Below, one piece after another: positions 28,837 through 38,581 of a DNA stretch of 64,000 nucleotides. The notes under the pieces are model-generated. The model had not been told where the DNA came from. It did not search any database and saw nothing but the letters and a program-made list of their open reading frames with translations. Position 1 is the first letter of the stretch. Every line of letters begins with the position of its first letter. The stretch spans positions 37,708-101,707 of the forward strand of contig CAZVAJ010000001.1 in assembly GCA_964625085.1 (NCBI GenBank). Direction: 5' to 3'. The DNA is from Candidatus Micrarchaeota archaeon. Its GTDB lineage: Archaea > B1Sed10-29 > JAJSAI01. The translations under genes and the position numbers were made by a program.

Positions 28837-30311
28837 TGAATGGAAGTGAGGCAGTAAACATCCTTCAGGAAAAAGGGTTTCTCCTCGCTCCAAAAACTAT
28901 CGAACTCGTTCTGTCAGCCGAGAACCCTGAAGAGATAGTAAACTTAGTTCTGGAAAAGTGTTCTGGAAAAACATTCATCCTTCCAGAAGACCTAGAAGAA
29001 AAAACAAAAACCAAGATCTCTCCTGAGAAAAAAGAGCAGCCAGTTATCGTAGAAAAAGCAAAAACATTCAAACCACTTGCAGAGGAGATAGAAGCAAGAG
29101 TAGAAAAAATGTGTGACTCCGAAATCCTAAGCAGGGGCAATGTCAAAGAATTCGTGGAATACTTCCAAGACCGTTACAATAAACTTGTCTCAGTCCTCAG
29201 GAGAAGAGGCAGCATAACAAAAGTCAAGGACATCCGGAAAAAAACCGAAAGAGAACTTAGAATTGCAGGTCTGGTCTACGAAAAGCGAAGAACAAAAAAC
29301 GGGCATCTGATGATCACAATAGAGGATGACACAGGCATGATAAACCTGCTGGTCCCGAAAAGCGATGCACAACTCATGGCCACCGCAGAAAACACTCTGC
29401 TCGACAGCGTGATTGCAGTGGACATAAGAAAAACGAACGGAAGCCTGCTAATCGCTAAAAAGATAATAGAGCCGGGAGTTATGAGGCAAGACACACCCTC
29501 TGCAGGAGAAGAAGTCATGGCGGCGGTGCTTTCTGACCCTCACGTAGGAAGCAAGCTGTTCATGAAAGAAAACTTTGAGAAGATGATCGCCTGGCTTCAA
29601 GGAAAAACAAGTCACGAGAAATATCTGAGGATAGCTGAAAAAGTAAAGTACATTGTTGTAACAGGAGACCTGGTTGACGGTATTGGAGTTTACCCAGGGC
29701 AAGAAAACGAACTGGAGTACACAGACATTTTTGAACAGTATCAAAAATTCTCAGAATACCTGCTCGAGATACCTGAATACATCCACATCGTGATAATCCC
29801 AGGCAACCACGATGCTGTACGAACCGCTGACCCGCAGCCAGCAATACCCTTAGAACTATTACCTGAACTAAAGAATACCGGCAACATCCATCTTGGAACA
29901 AGCCCCAGCACATGGAACATTCACGGTATAAAAACACTCGTGTACCATGGGACAAGCTTTGATGACATTGTTGCCAACATAAACAGTGCAACATACAATG
30001 AGCCTGAAACCATACTAGAAAAAGTGCTCATGACAAGACACCTACATCCATACTACGGCGGAAAACCAATAATCCCAACAGAACACGATTCGCTTGCAAT
30101 AAACGAACTTCCAAACCTCATGTTAACAGGACACATTCACAAGAATGCGTATCTGCAGAAAAACGGGTTGCTGGCAGTAAACGGAGGGACATGGCAACAG
30201 ATAACACCATATCAACAAAAGCAGGGGCACAAACCAACACCCTGCCAACTGCCCGTTATAGACCTTAACAGGATGAACATAAAAGTAGTTCACTTTGACA
30301 GGGGAGCATGA
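28837..30311 (+). CDS. polB: DNA polymerase D small subunit DP1 (Mre11-like 3'-5' exonuclease)
   Basis: Calcineurin-like phosphoesterase motifs GDLVDGIG and GNHD with a DP1-type N-terminal domain. The TTG at 28782 inside the hairpin is unlikely to be the start. Confidence 0.8.
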
Positions 30312-33300
30312 TGAACACATTGCTTGAAAGAACAGAGTGGTACTGGCAACACATGCAAGATAAAACAGAAGAAGCCTACAAGATAGCGGGAGCAGCAAGA
30401 GCAACTGGAAAAGACGTATCAACCAAAGTAGAGATCCCTCCTGCAGCAGATCTTGCAGCAAGAGTAGAAGGACTAGTCGGACCCAAAGGAGTAGCAGAAA
30501 AGATCAGAGAACTGCTGAAAGAAAACGATAGAGACACAATGACCCTAAGGATCATAGACCTGATAGTAAAAGGGACATTTGGGAAGTATGAAACAGAGGA
30601 GCAACTGGCAGAACAGTGCATTCGAACAGGGCTCGCAATAATAACAGAAGCAGTACCTGCCGCAGCCACAGAAGGAATCTCCCACACCAAAATCCTAGAC
30701 AACCCTGACGGCACAAGATGCCTTTCCGTGTACTACGCCGGACCAATAAGGTCAGCAGGAGGAACTGCTGCCGCTCTTTCAGTGGCTCTCGCAGACTACA
30801 CCAGAAGAAAAATGGGCCTGCAGGAATACAGACCCTCAAAAGAGGAAGTTGAAAGGTATGTTGAAGAAATAGGATTATACCATAACCTTGTTTCTAGGCT
30901 CCAGTACAATCCCCCTGAAGATGACATCAGACACATTGTCTCAAACTGCCCTGTTTGTGTAAGTGGAACACCCACCTCCGAACTTGAAGTAAGCGTTTAC
31001 AAGAACCTTCAGAGAATGGAAACAAACAGAATAAGGGGGGGAATGGCCTTAGTAATAGCAGAAGGAATAGCCCAAAAAGCAGCTAAGCTGCTGAAGTACT
31101 CCAAAAAATTTGAGCTCGGGTGGGACTGGATAGAAGCGATAGTCAAGGTAACAAAAAAAACAGGGGAAAAGAGAGAGATAAAACCAGTAACAAAATATCT
31201 CTCAGACATTGTGGGAGGCAGGCCCATATTCGCGTACCCCAGTCAAACAGGAGGACTCAGAATAAGGTACGGGAGAAGCAGGAACACAGGCCTTAACGCA
31301 AAAGGAGTGAACCCTGCCACGATGTACCTGACGAACGAGTTCATGGCCATAGGAACCCAACTGAAGCTCGAGCGGCCGGGCAAAGGGTGTGTCACGGTCC
31401 CTGTGAGTACTGTAGAAGGGCCCACGATCCTTCTCGACAATGGAGATGTAGTAAAAGTAAACACAGCCTCTAAAGCAATGGAAGTAAAAGACCGCGTTGC
31501 AGAGATTCTCTTCCTAGGAGACATCCTAATAAGCCACGGAGACTTTCTCAAATCCAACCACCCTCTTGTAAAACCAGGCATATGCGAAGAATGGTGGCAG
31601 CAGATATGTAAAGAGAGGGGTATAGGCGTTAATGACGCGTGGAACGTCAGTTCTGAAAAAGCAGTGGAACTGGCAAGGCAAGGTGCCCCAATGCACCCGA
31701 AGTACACATATTTTTACAATGCAGTGTCTTCAGACGATTTGCTTGAAATGGCAAGATGGCTCTCGAATGGCAGGATAACAAAAATGCACGGGATTGCAGG
31801 AGAACAAAGCAGGGTACTGGAAGTAGAAGTGTCAGAAGAAAAAAGGACTCTTGAAAGAATAGGTGTACCCCACAAGCTCAGAGGAGGAAAAGTGATAATA
31901 GAAGAAGCAGGCCCTCTGATAGAAACACTCTGCCTCACGCACATCAATGATCTATCTCTTCAAGAAGAAAACGTCCTTGAGTCTTTATCAAAAGCGAGCG
32001 GCATGGAGATAATGGAAAAAGAAGGCACATTCATCGGAGCCAGGATGGGCAGGCCTGAAAAAGCAAAACCAAGAAAAATGAACCCGCCCCCGAACCTGCT
32101 ATTCCCAATAGGAAAAAACGGTGGGAAGACAAGAACACTGCTAAAAGCAGCTGAGAAAGGAGTGATCTCAGTAGAAGCGGTCAGGTTGAAATGCCCTAAG
32201 TGCGGCAGGGAAACCATGAGCTATTACTGTCATGATTGCGGAGTGAGGACCGAAAGAGTATTCACCTGCACAAAGTGCGGCAAAAAAGGAAAATCAGAAA
32301 AATGCCCTTACTGCGGAGAACACGCAATACCCTACGCCTTCTTGCCATATGACCTGAAAAAAGCTGTGAAAGACGCTGAAAACAGGTTAGGAGAAAGGAC
32401 TCCTGAAAAAACAAAAGCAGTAGAAGGCTTGATAAACGGAGAAAAGATATTCGAGCCCATAGAAAAGGGAATACTGCGCGCAAAACACAATGTAGTAGTA
32501 TTCAGGGATGGAACAATAAGATTTGACGCAACAAACCTTCCCCTCACGCACTTCAAACCAAGGGAGATAGGAATAAGCGTAGAAAAGGCCAGAGAAATTG
32601 GGTACACGCATGACAAAGACGGTAAGCCCCTTGAAGACCCTGACCAAGTATGCGAGATGTTCGTGCAGGACATGATAATACCTGCAGAATCTGCTGAATA
32701 CATCCTCTCAGCAGCACAGTTCGTTGACGACCTGCTTGAAAAGTTCTATGGACTCCCAAGATACTATAACGCAGAGAAACCCTCTGACTTGGTAGGCCAT
32801 CTTGTGATAGCTCTAGCGCCCCACATCTCGGTCGGCGTTCTTGGAAGAATAATCGGGTTCAGCAGGGCCAGAGGAACCTACGCTCATCCGTACATGCACG
32901 CCGCATGCAGAAGAGACTGCTTTTCTCCGGAGGAAACCCTCCCGGTCTACGACGGGAAAGAGTGGAAAATAGTACAGATAGGCCCGTTCGTCGAGTCCCT
33001 GCTCTGCAGAAGAGAACCTAGAAAGACAGAGTTCGGAGACTGGGTGCTCCCGGTCGAAGGATACTATACTCTCGCCCTGAACCCCAAAACAAGAGAGTAC
33101 GAGCTCAAAAGGATCACTGCTTTCTCGAAACACGTTCCCCAGGACCACATGGTGGAAATAGTCCTCTCTGACAACAGGAAAATAAGGACCACAGGAACCC
33201 ACAAGTTCCCTGACCCTTCCTTTGGCAGGGTAAGAGCGCACGAGCTCGAGGAAGCATTGGTTCCGATGAAATTCAACATTCCTGAAAAAGATCCTGAAAG

Positions 33301-35107
33301 CATAGACTTGATGAACGCAAGAATAGAAGGGCTCATGGTCAGAGGAGCTGCGGGAATCCTTAGAAAATGGGTTCAGGAAAACGGAGGGTTCACCAAAGCC
33401 TCTGAAAAAATAGGCATCCCAAGATCCACTCTCTCAGATTACTGTTACAGGGACTCAGTCCCAGCAGAACTTCTGAAAACGCTTGGCTTGAAGGCGCCTG
33501 AAAACACAAGGGTTGGAGTGAAAAAAGATCATGTCACGCTTCCCAGGATCATCAGAGTAGACGAGCACTTGGCCAGGCTTCTCGGCTTCTACGCTGCAGA
33601 GGGCTACGCGCGGCACAGGGACAGAGAATACCAGACCGTCTTCTGCAACAAGAAACTAAAAGAAGGGGTCAAAAAAGAGCTGGAAAAGGCGCTTGGGATC
33701 CAGAAAACGTGGGAGAACGAATACGAGCTCGTGGTATCAAGCAGGATAATGTACGAGCTGTTCACGCGGGTCCTGGGCGCTGGAAAAAACGCCTACGAGA
33801 AGAGGGTTCCAAGCGTGCTTCTTGGGGCTAGAAAAGAGCTTGTCAAAGAGTTCCTCAGGGCCTACTTTGCTGGAGACGGGTGCATCTCCCGCGCAGGCAA
33901 CAGATCGCCTGAAGTATCCTGCACCAGCGTCTCCAAGATGTTGCTGAGGGATATCGAATTTCTACTAGCGCGCTTCAGCATAGCCACAAGCTGGTACGGG
34001 GCAGAACGGACTTCAAAAGGAAACGGGGTTGTGGCGTCCTGGTACTCAGAAAGGGGAAGGATCCTAACGACAAAAGAGTACAAGCTGAGGATGTACTCTG
34101 AAAACGCCAAGAAGTTCGTGGAAGAAGTAGGATTCTGGGATCCTGACAAGAACGCTAAAGCGAGAAAAATCCTGAGCGAGGCCAGGATCAAGGGCTCGAA
34201 AGCGAGGGTGGTGGGAGAGTCTAAAATCGTGCGGGCGAAGGAGATTAGAATAACCGAGAACAAAGAACTTGCACCCTCGTACAACCTTACTGTTGAAGAC
34301 CATCATAATGTAATAACTTCAGGAATCACAACCTTCCAATGTGACGGTGACGAAGACGCGTTCATGCTGTTACTTGACGCTCTCCTGAACTTCAGCAGAA
34401 GATACCTGCCAAGCTCAAGAGGCGGCACGATGGACGCGGCCATCGTGCTGACAACAAAAATAGACCCTGGAGAGGTGGACGATCAGGTTCACGAAATGGA
34501 CATAGTTTCAGAGTATCCTCTTGACTACTACCAAGCAGCGTGCAACAACCTAAACCCTTCTGACGTGAACGTGGAGCTAGTCAAAGACAGGCTGGGAACA
34601 AAAGAACAGTACTATGGAATGAAGTACACCCATGATACTGATAGGGTTGATGAGGGTCCTGTAGAATCAGCGTACACGACCCTAAAAACAATGGCTGAAA
34701 AAGTTGAGAAGCAGCTTGAGCTAGGGGAAAAGATCTTGGCAGTTGATGAAAGGGACCTTGCCAGCAGGGTGATTAACTTTCACTTCATGCGTGACATGAT
34801 GGGAAACCTAAGAGCATTTGGCCAGCAGGCCGTTAGGTGTGTTGATTGTAACAAAGTGTACAGGAGAACACCTCTTGCAGGAAAGTGCGTAAAATGCGGA
34901 GGGAGACTGGTACTGACAGTGAGCAAGGGAGGCATAGTAAAGTATCTTGAAGTCTCCAAAAACATTGCCAAAAAATACCACCTGTCCGACTACCTGAAAC
35001 AAAGGCTCATACTAATAGAAAATGATGTGAAAAGTTTCTTCGAGCTTGAAGAAATGGAAAAACGCGCAGAAGCAAAGAAACAGAAAAGCCTGGCTGAATT
35101 CGTGTAA
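30308..35107 (+). CDS. polC: DNA polymerase D large subunit DP2, interrupted in-frame by an intein
   Basis: 1599 aa. DP2 conserved blocks including HPYMHAA-RRD | CDGDEDAFMLLLDALLNFSRRYL and C-terminal zinc fingers CVDCNKVYRR...CVKCGG. A 474-aa insertion sits at the RRN/CDGDEDA site. Confidence 0.85.
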   Translation: MMNTLLERTEWYWQHMQDKTEEAYKIAGAARATGKDVSTKVEIPPAADLAARVEGLVGPKGVAEKIRELLKENDRDTMTLRIIDLIVKGTFGKYETEEQLAEQCIRTGLAIITEAVPAAATEGISHTKILDNPDGTRCLSVYYAGPIRSAGGTAAALSVALADYTRRKMGLQEYRPSKEEVERYVEEIGLYHNLVSRLQYNPPEDDIRHIVSNCPVCVSGTPTSELEVSVYKNLQRMETNRIRGGMALVIAEGIAQKAAKLLKYSKKFELGWDWIEAIVKVTKKTGEKREIKPVTKYLSDIVGGRPIFAYPSQTGGLRIRYGRSRNTGLNAKGVNPATMYLTNEFMAIGTQLKLERPGKGCVTVPVSTVEGPTILLDNGDVVKVNTASKAMEVKDRVAEILFLGDILISHGDFLKSNHPLVKPGICEEWWQQICKERGIGVNDAWNVSSEKAVELARQGAPMHPKYTYFYNAVSSDDLLEMARWLSNGRITKMHGIAGEQSRVLEVEVSEEKRTLERIGVPHKLRGGKVIIEEAGPLIETLCLTHINDLSLQEENVLESLSKASGMEIMEKEGTFIGARMGRPEKAKPRKMNPPPNLLFPIGKNGGKTRTLLKAAEKGVISVEAVRLKCPKCGRETMSYYCHDCGVRTERVFTCTKCGKKGKSEKCPYCGEHAIPYAFLPYDLKKAVKDAENRLGERTPEKTKAVEGLINGEKIFEPIEKGILRAKHNVVVFRDGTIRFDATNLPLTHFKPREIGISVEKAREIGYTHDKDGKPLEDPDQVCEMFVQDMIIPAESAEYILSAAQFVDDLLEKFYGLPRYYNAEKPSDLVGHLVIALAPHISVGVLGRIIGFSRARGTYAHPYMHAACRRDCFSPEETLPVYDGKEWKIVQIGPFVESLLCRREPRKTEFGDWVLPVEGYYTLALNPKTREYELKRITAFSKHVPQDHMVEIVLSDNRKIRTTGTHKFPDPSFGRVRAHELEEALVPMKFNIPEKDPESIDLMNARIEGLMVRGAAGILRKWVQENGGFTKASEKIGIPRSTLSDYCYRDSVPAELLKTLGLKAPENTRVGVKKDHVTLPRIIRVDEHLARLLGFYAAEGYARHRDREYQTVFCNKKLKEGVKKELEKALGIQKTWENEYELVVSSRIMYELFTRVLGAGKNAYEKRVPSVLLGARKELVKEFLRAYFAGDGCISRAGNRSPEVSCTSVSKMLLRDIEFLLARFSIATSWYGAERTSKGNGVVASWYSERGRILTTKEYKLRMYSENAKKFVEEVGFWDPDKNAKARKILSEARIKGSKARVVGESKIVRAKEIRITENKELAPSYNLTVEDHHNVITSGITTFQCDGDEDAFMLLLDALLNFSRRYLPSSRGGTMDAAIVLTTKIDPGEVDDQVHEMDIVSEYPLDYYQAACNNLNPSDVNVELVKDRLGTKEQYYGMKYTHDTDRVDEGPVESAYTTLKTMAEKVEKQLELGEKILAVDERDLASRVINFHFMRDMMGNLRAFGQQAVRCVDCNKVYRRTPLAGKCVKCGGRLVLTVSKGGIVKYLEVSKNIAKKYHLSDYLKQRLILIENDVKSFFELEEMEKRAEAKKQKSLAEFV
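32918..34339 (+). mobile_element. intein in DP2 with LAGLIDADG homing endonuclease; Cys1, TxxH block B, C-terminal ...TTFQ (Gln, no penultimate His), +1 Cys
   Basis: Begins CFSPEE directly after extein RRD. Block B is TGTHKF. The two LAGLIDADG motifs are LLGFYAAEGYA and FLRAYFAGDGCIS. Block G is YNLTVEDHHNVITSGITTFQ, followed by extein CDGDEDA. Confidence 0.75.
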
Positions 35108-35118
35108 CAGCTAATAAA

Positions 35119-35877
35119 CTAGAATCCTCCGCCGAGAAGCAGGTATATCAAAACAGCGAGCATTAAAAATATCATGGCCCACCTGAACCATGGCTTTGAA
35201 AGAATGCCTTTACCTTCTCCTTTTTTGGAGGCGGTCTTGCCAAGCACGCTGAACGTTTTCTTCAAAAGAACTGCCCAGCCCTTGGGGCTCTTCATCAGGT
35301 CAACGGTCTCTTTTAGCATGTCCTTCCATGTCTTCTCCTTGATGGGAATCTCTGACTCGTTCAGGATAACCCCGCTGAACCCGTCAACGTCAAGCTTGTA
35401 GAATCCTGCAGGCATGGAAACGAAAACTCTCCAAACTGGCCAGTAGATTATCCTGAACCCGCTTGTCTTAACGCTTTCTTCACCAACTCCGAACTTGCCT
35501 GCAAGCCTTCTTGCAGCAGTCTCCTTTGCTTCGTCTGCTTTTATGGCTGGAGGAACTGCAATAAACTTTAAATCATGTGAAACTTTCTTCTCAAAAGAAA
35601 CAGGCTGCCGGTCAAGAAGTTCTGTTATCATAGGCTGTAGTTTTCCTGAAGACGCATCCATAGCCATGGTTCCCGAAAACCCTTGGGAAAACGTTTGGCC
35701 TTGAAGCTCTTGCTCTACAAGAACATCATAATTGAAAACATAAAAAGGAAGATAATACAGCTTAAGGCTGCTTATCTCAAAGTCTGTCCACCTCTTGCTC
35801 CTCAGGCTCTTGTCAACGGTTTCCACAACATCGTCAACAAGGTACCTGAGGACAAGGGCTGGCTTGTCAAGGATCAA
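35119..35877 (-). CDS. hypothetical protein with C-terminal tail-anchor TM helix, co-oriented directly downstream of sepF
   Basis: 252 aa, soluble-looking apart from the final WAMIFLMLAVLIYLLLGGGF helix. Starts 7 nt after the sepF stop. Confidence 0.4.
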   Translation of the reverse strand: MILDKPALVLRYLVDDVVETVDKSLRSKRWTDFEISSLKLYYLPFYVFNYDVLVEQELQGQTFSQGFSGTMAMDASSGKLQPMITELLDRQPVSFEKKVSHDLKFIAVPPAIKADEAKETAARRLAGKFGVGEESVKTSGFRIIYWPVWRVFVSMPAGFYKLDVDGFSGVILNESEIPIKEKTWKDMLKETVDLMKSPKGWAVLLKKTFSVLGKTASKKGEGKGILSKPWFRWAMIFLMLAVLIYLLLGGGF

Positions 35878-35883
35878 GCCCTA

Positions 35884-36234
35884 TCACTTTTTGGATATTT
35901 TTATCCTGCTCGGGGTCAAAAGGACCTTCTCTTCAGTTATCCTTGCTATATCCCCGTCCATTTCTAAAACTGCTCCTTTAAGCTCTGAGATCGCTTGCTT
36001 TAGCTTTACTGTGTTCTTTTTGTACAATGGGCTGATGTTAAGAAGGATTATATTTCCTCTCCTGAGCTCGGATGTAATATCCTCAACATCACCTACAGAT
36101 TCCAGAGTCAGGGGCTTTACCCACATATCAGCATGCTCTTCAAGAAGATCCTCTTCTTCAAGCGCAAGATTGTCCAAATAGTCTTCTATGTCAACACTTT
36201 TGTTTGATTTTAGCTTACCCAACAGTGCAGGCAT
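35884..36234 (-). CDS. sepF: cell division protein SepF (DUF552)
   Basis: 116 aa with LRRGNIILLNISPL and GAVLEMDGDIARITEEKVLLTP, matching SepF core motifs. Confidence 0.7.
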   Translation of the reverse strand: MPALLGKLKSNKSVDIEDYLDNLALEEEDLLEEHADMWVKPLTLESVGDVEDITSELRRGNIILLNISPLYKKNTVKLKQAISELKGAVLEMDGDIARITEEKVLLTPSRIKISKK

Positions 36235-36357
36235 TGCATTACCTCCAGCTATTTTATTAGTTATTTTTTAGTCACAGTAGTTTAAAACACTTACCATAAA
36301 AAACGTTTTTATACTAGTAGTCTTATAATTCCTGTAACCTTTTTTTGGTGGGGGAAA

Positions 36358-37569
36358 ATGGATATAGAGGACCTGTTTGAAAAAGAAATGCAGAAAGACA
36401 CCGTCTTTCTGGACCGGAACGTTCTAAGCCCCCATTTTGTTCCAGAAACGCTTCCCCACAGAGACAAACAAATACAAGAGCTCATGCAAAAGCTGGCTCC
36501 CTCGCTTTCGGGAAAAACAATAAGCAACATTTTCTTGTACGGAAAAACAGGCACTGGAAAAACAGTGTCCACAAAGCATGTTATCGACAAGCTAATGGCC
36601 GTGAAAAAAAAGTACGGTGCCAGCGTAGAATGCGTTTACACCAACTGCAGAATCCTTAACACAAAATACCAGGTGATGCTTAAGGTAGCAGAATACTGCC
36701 ATCCTGATGAATCGTTTCTCGGGTTCCCTTTCTCGCACCTGTTCCAAAAAATAGTGGACTACGTGCAGTCTAACTCTTTGGGCCTTATACTGGTGCTTGA
36801 TGAAGTTGACAAAGTAAAAAACCTGGATGACTTGGTTTACACAATAACCCGGGCCAATGACGAGCTTGCGGCCGGCGGGATAAGCATGATAGGCATTTCT
36901 AACAACATAGCGTTCAAGGAATCGCTTGACCCGCGGAGTAAAAGCGCTCTTTCAGAAGACGAGATAGTCTTCCCGCCGTACAACGCAGAAGAGCTAAAAG
37001 ATATTTTGGAACAGAGGGTAAAACTTGGTTTCAAGCAGGGAACGATTGACGAGTCAAGCATAAACTATGCCAGCGCGCTCGCGGCCAATGAATCAGGAGA
37101 CGCCAGGTATGCCCTCAGGCTATTGTTCAAAGCCGGTGAAATAGCAGACCTGGAAGGAGCAAAAAAAGTGACTGACAAACACGTTGAACTCGCAAGAAAA
37201 GGGGTTGAGAACGAGATAGTGTACAGTGTTGTGAAAACACTTCCAGAACACCAAAAAATCCTTCTTCATGCAATAGCCCAACTTTCTAAAGAAGGAGGAC
37301 ACTACGCGAGGCTTGATGGCACAACAGCAGAAAACGTGCTGTTCACAGGAGAAGTATACGACAGGTACAACAAGATCTGCAGGGTTCTTGGAAAAGAGCC
37401 CAGGACCGCGAGATGGTGCAAAGAGTACATGAACGAGCTTGAAATGCTTGGGCTCATTACCACCACCATTTCAGGAAAGGGAGTTAGAGGCAACACAACC
37501 TTGATACGGTTAGCTTATCCTGCACAGAACATCATAGACCTAATGAAAAAACAGTTTGGAGGAGAATAG
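36358..37569 (+). CDS. orc1: Orc1/Cdc6 replication initiator (403 aa, canonical length)
   Basis: Walker A GKTGTGKT, Walker B LVLDEVD, sensor motifs and a C-terminal winged helix. An AT-rich TATA-like upstream region lies at 36235..36357. Confidence 0.85.
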   Translation: MDIEDLFEKEMQKDTVFLDRNVLSPHFVPETLPHRDKQIQELMQKLAPSLSGKTISNIFLYGKTGTGKTVSTKHVIDKLMAVKKKYGASVECVYTNCRILNTKYQVMLKVAEYCHPDESFLGFPFSHLFQKIVDYVQSNSLGLILVLDEVDKVKNLDDLVYTITRANDELAAGGISMIGISNNIAFKESLDPRSKSALSEDEIVFPPYNAEELKDILEQRVKLGFKQGTIDESSINYASALAANESGDARYALRLLFKAGEIADLEGAKKVTDKHVELARKGVENEIVYSVVKTLPEHQKILLHAIAQLSKEGGHYARLDGTTAENVLFTGEVYDRYNKICRVLGKEPRTARWCKEYMNELEMLGLITTTISGKGVRGNTTLIRLAYPAQNIIDLMKKQFGGE

Positions 37570-37570
37570 A

Positions 37571-38578
37571 ATGAACATACGGGACGAAGTGTACGGGGAA
37601 CAAACTATACAAGACAAGACATTGATAAGGCTTATAACTTCGCCCCCAATACAGCGCCTCAAGGGAATAAACCAGCACGGGATTCCTGAACAATACTTTT
37701 CGTGCAGAAGAGTTACACGGTACGATCACTCTGTGGGCGTAATGCTCTTGTTAAGAAAGCTTGGGGCAAGCAATGAAGCGCAGATTGCAGGTTTGCTACA
37801 CGATGTGTCGCACACAGCGTTCTCTCATATCACAGACTACGTGTTCGGGAGGAACAGAAAAGAAGACTTTCACGAAAAAATCAAGGAACACATGTTTGAG
37901 CAGCTTGGCCTGAACGAAATAATTGAACAAGAAGGCATAACAAAAAAAGTGCTTGAACCAGAACAGTATCCTCTCCTAGACAGTCCTGCGCCAAAACTCT
38001 GTGCAGACAGGGTTGACTATGCGCTGCGGGATCACGGAAAATTCAGGAATGACGGGAGCCCGCAGAGGCTGGTTAGAGAGCTCTTTGCAGAAGACGGAGA
38101 GATCGTTTTCAAAAGCGCTTCATCAGCAATGGAGTTTGCAATGAACTACCACGAATGTCAGGTTGGCTTATGGGCGCACCATGATACAGCGTACAAGTAC
38201 TACCTGTTCTCGCGGGCCATCAAGCTCATGCTTCTCGAAGGCGAGCTTGAAAAAGAAGAGCTACTGCTCGGAAAAGATGAAAACGTGCTCGCGAAAATGG
38301 AGAAAACAGAGAACTCGGACGTGAAAATAATAATGTCCGCGCTTAACACGCTAGAGTACACTCGCAACACCGACAGCCCGCACGTAGTATTCAAGAAAAA
38401 GTTCAGATGGGTAGACCCCGCATACAAAGACCGCGGCAGACTCAGGAGGGTGACTGAAGAATTCCCAGAATACGCAGAAATGCTGGACCAAGCGAGAAAA
38501 GATAACCAAACAAAGATAGAGCTCACGAACACAAACGTTGTAAGAATTCTTGAAGAGAACGGCATACTGCCCCTGTGA
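37571..38578 (+). CDS. HD-domain dNTP triphosphohydrolase-like protein (dGTPase/SAMHD1 family, short form)
   Basis: Three motifs match dNTPase signatures: RYDHSVGV (RxxHSxxV), LLHDVSHTAFSH (HDxGHxPFSH) and CADRVDYALRDH (DADRLDYLLRD). Confidence 0.6.
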   Translation: MNIRDEVYGEQTIQDKTLIRLITSPPIQRLKGINQHGIPEQYFSCRRVTRYDHSVGVMLLLRKLGASNEAQIAGLLHDVSHTAFSHITDYVFGRNRKEDFHEKIKEHMFEQLGLNEIIEQEGITKKVLEPEQYPLLDSPAPKLCADRVDYALRDHGKFRNDGSPQRLVRELFAEDGEIVFKSASSAMEFAMNYHECQVGLWAHHDTAYKYYLFSRAIKLMLLEGELEKEELLLGKDENVLAKMEKTENSDVKIIMSALNTLEYTRNTDSPHVVFKKKFRWVDPAYKDRGRLRRVTEEFPEYAEMLDQARKDNQTKIELTNTNVVRILEENGILPL

Positions 38579-38581
38579 AGA

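Noticed and set aside
36235-36357. orc1 upstream region examined for ORB origin repeats
   Set aside because: AT-rich with a TATA-like TTTATAC, but only weak short repeats (AGTAGT). Too short and unconvincing as an origin by eye.
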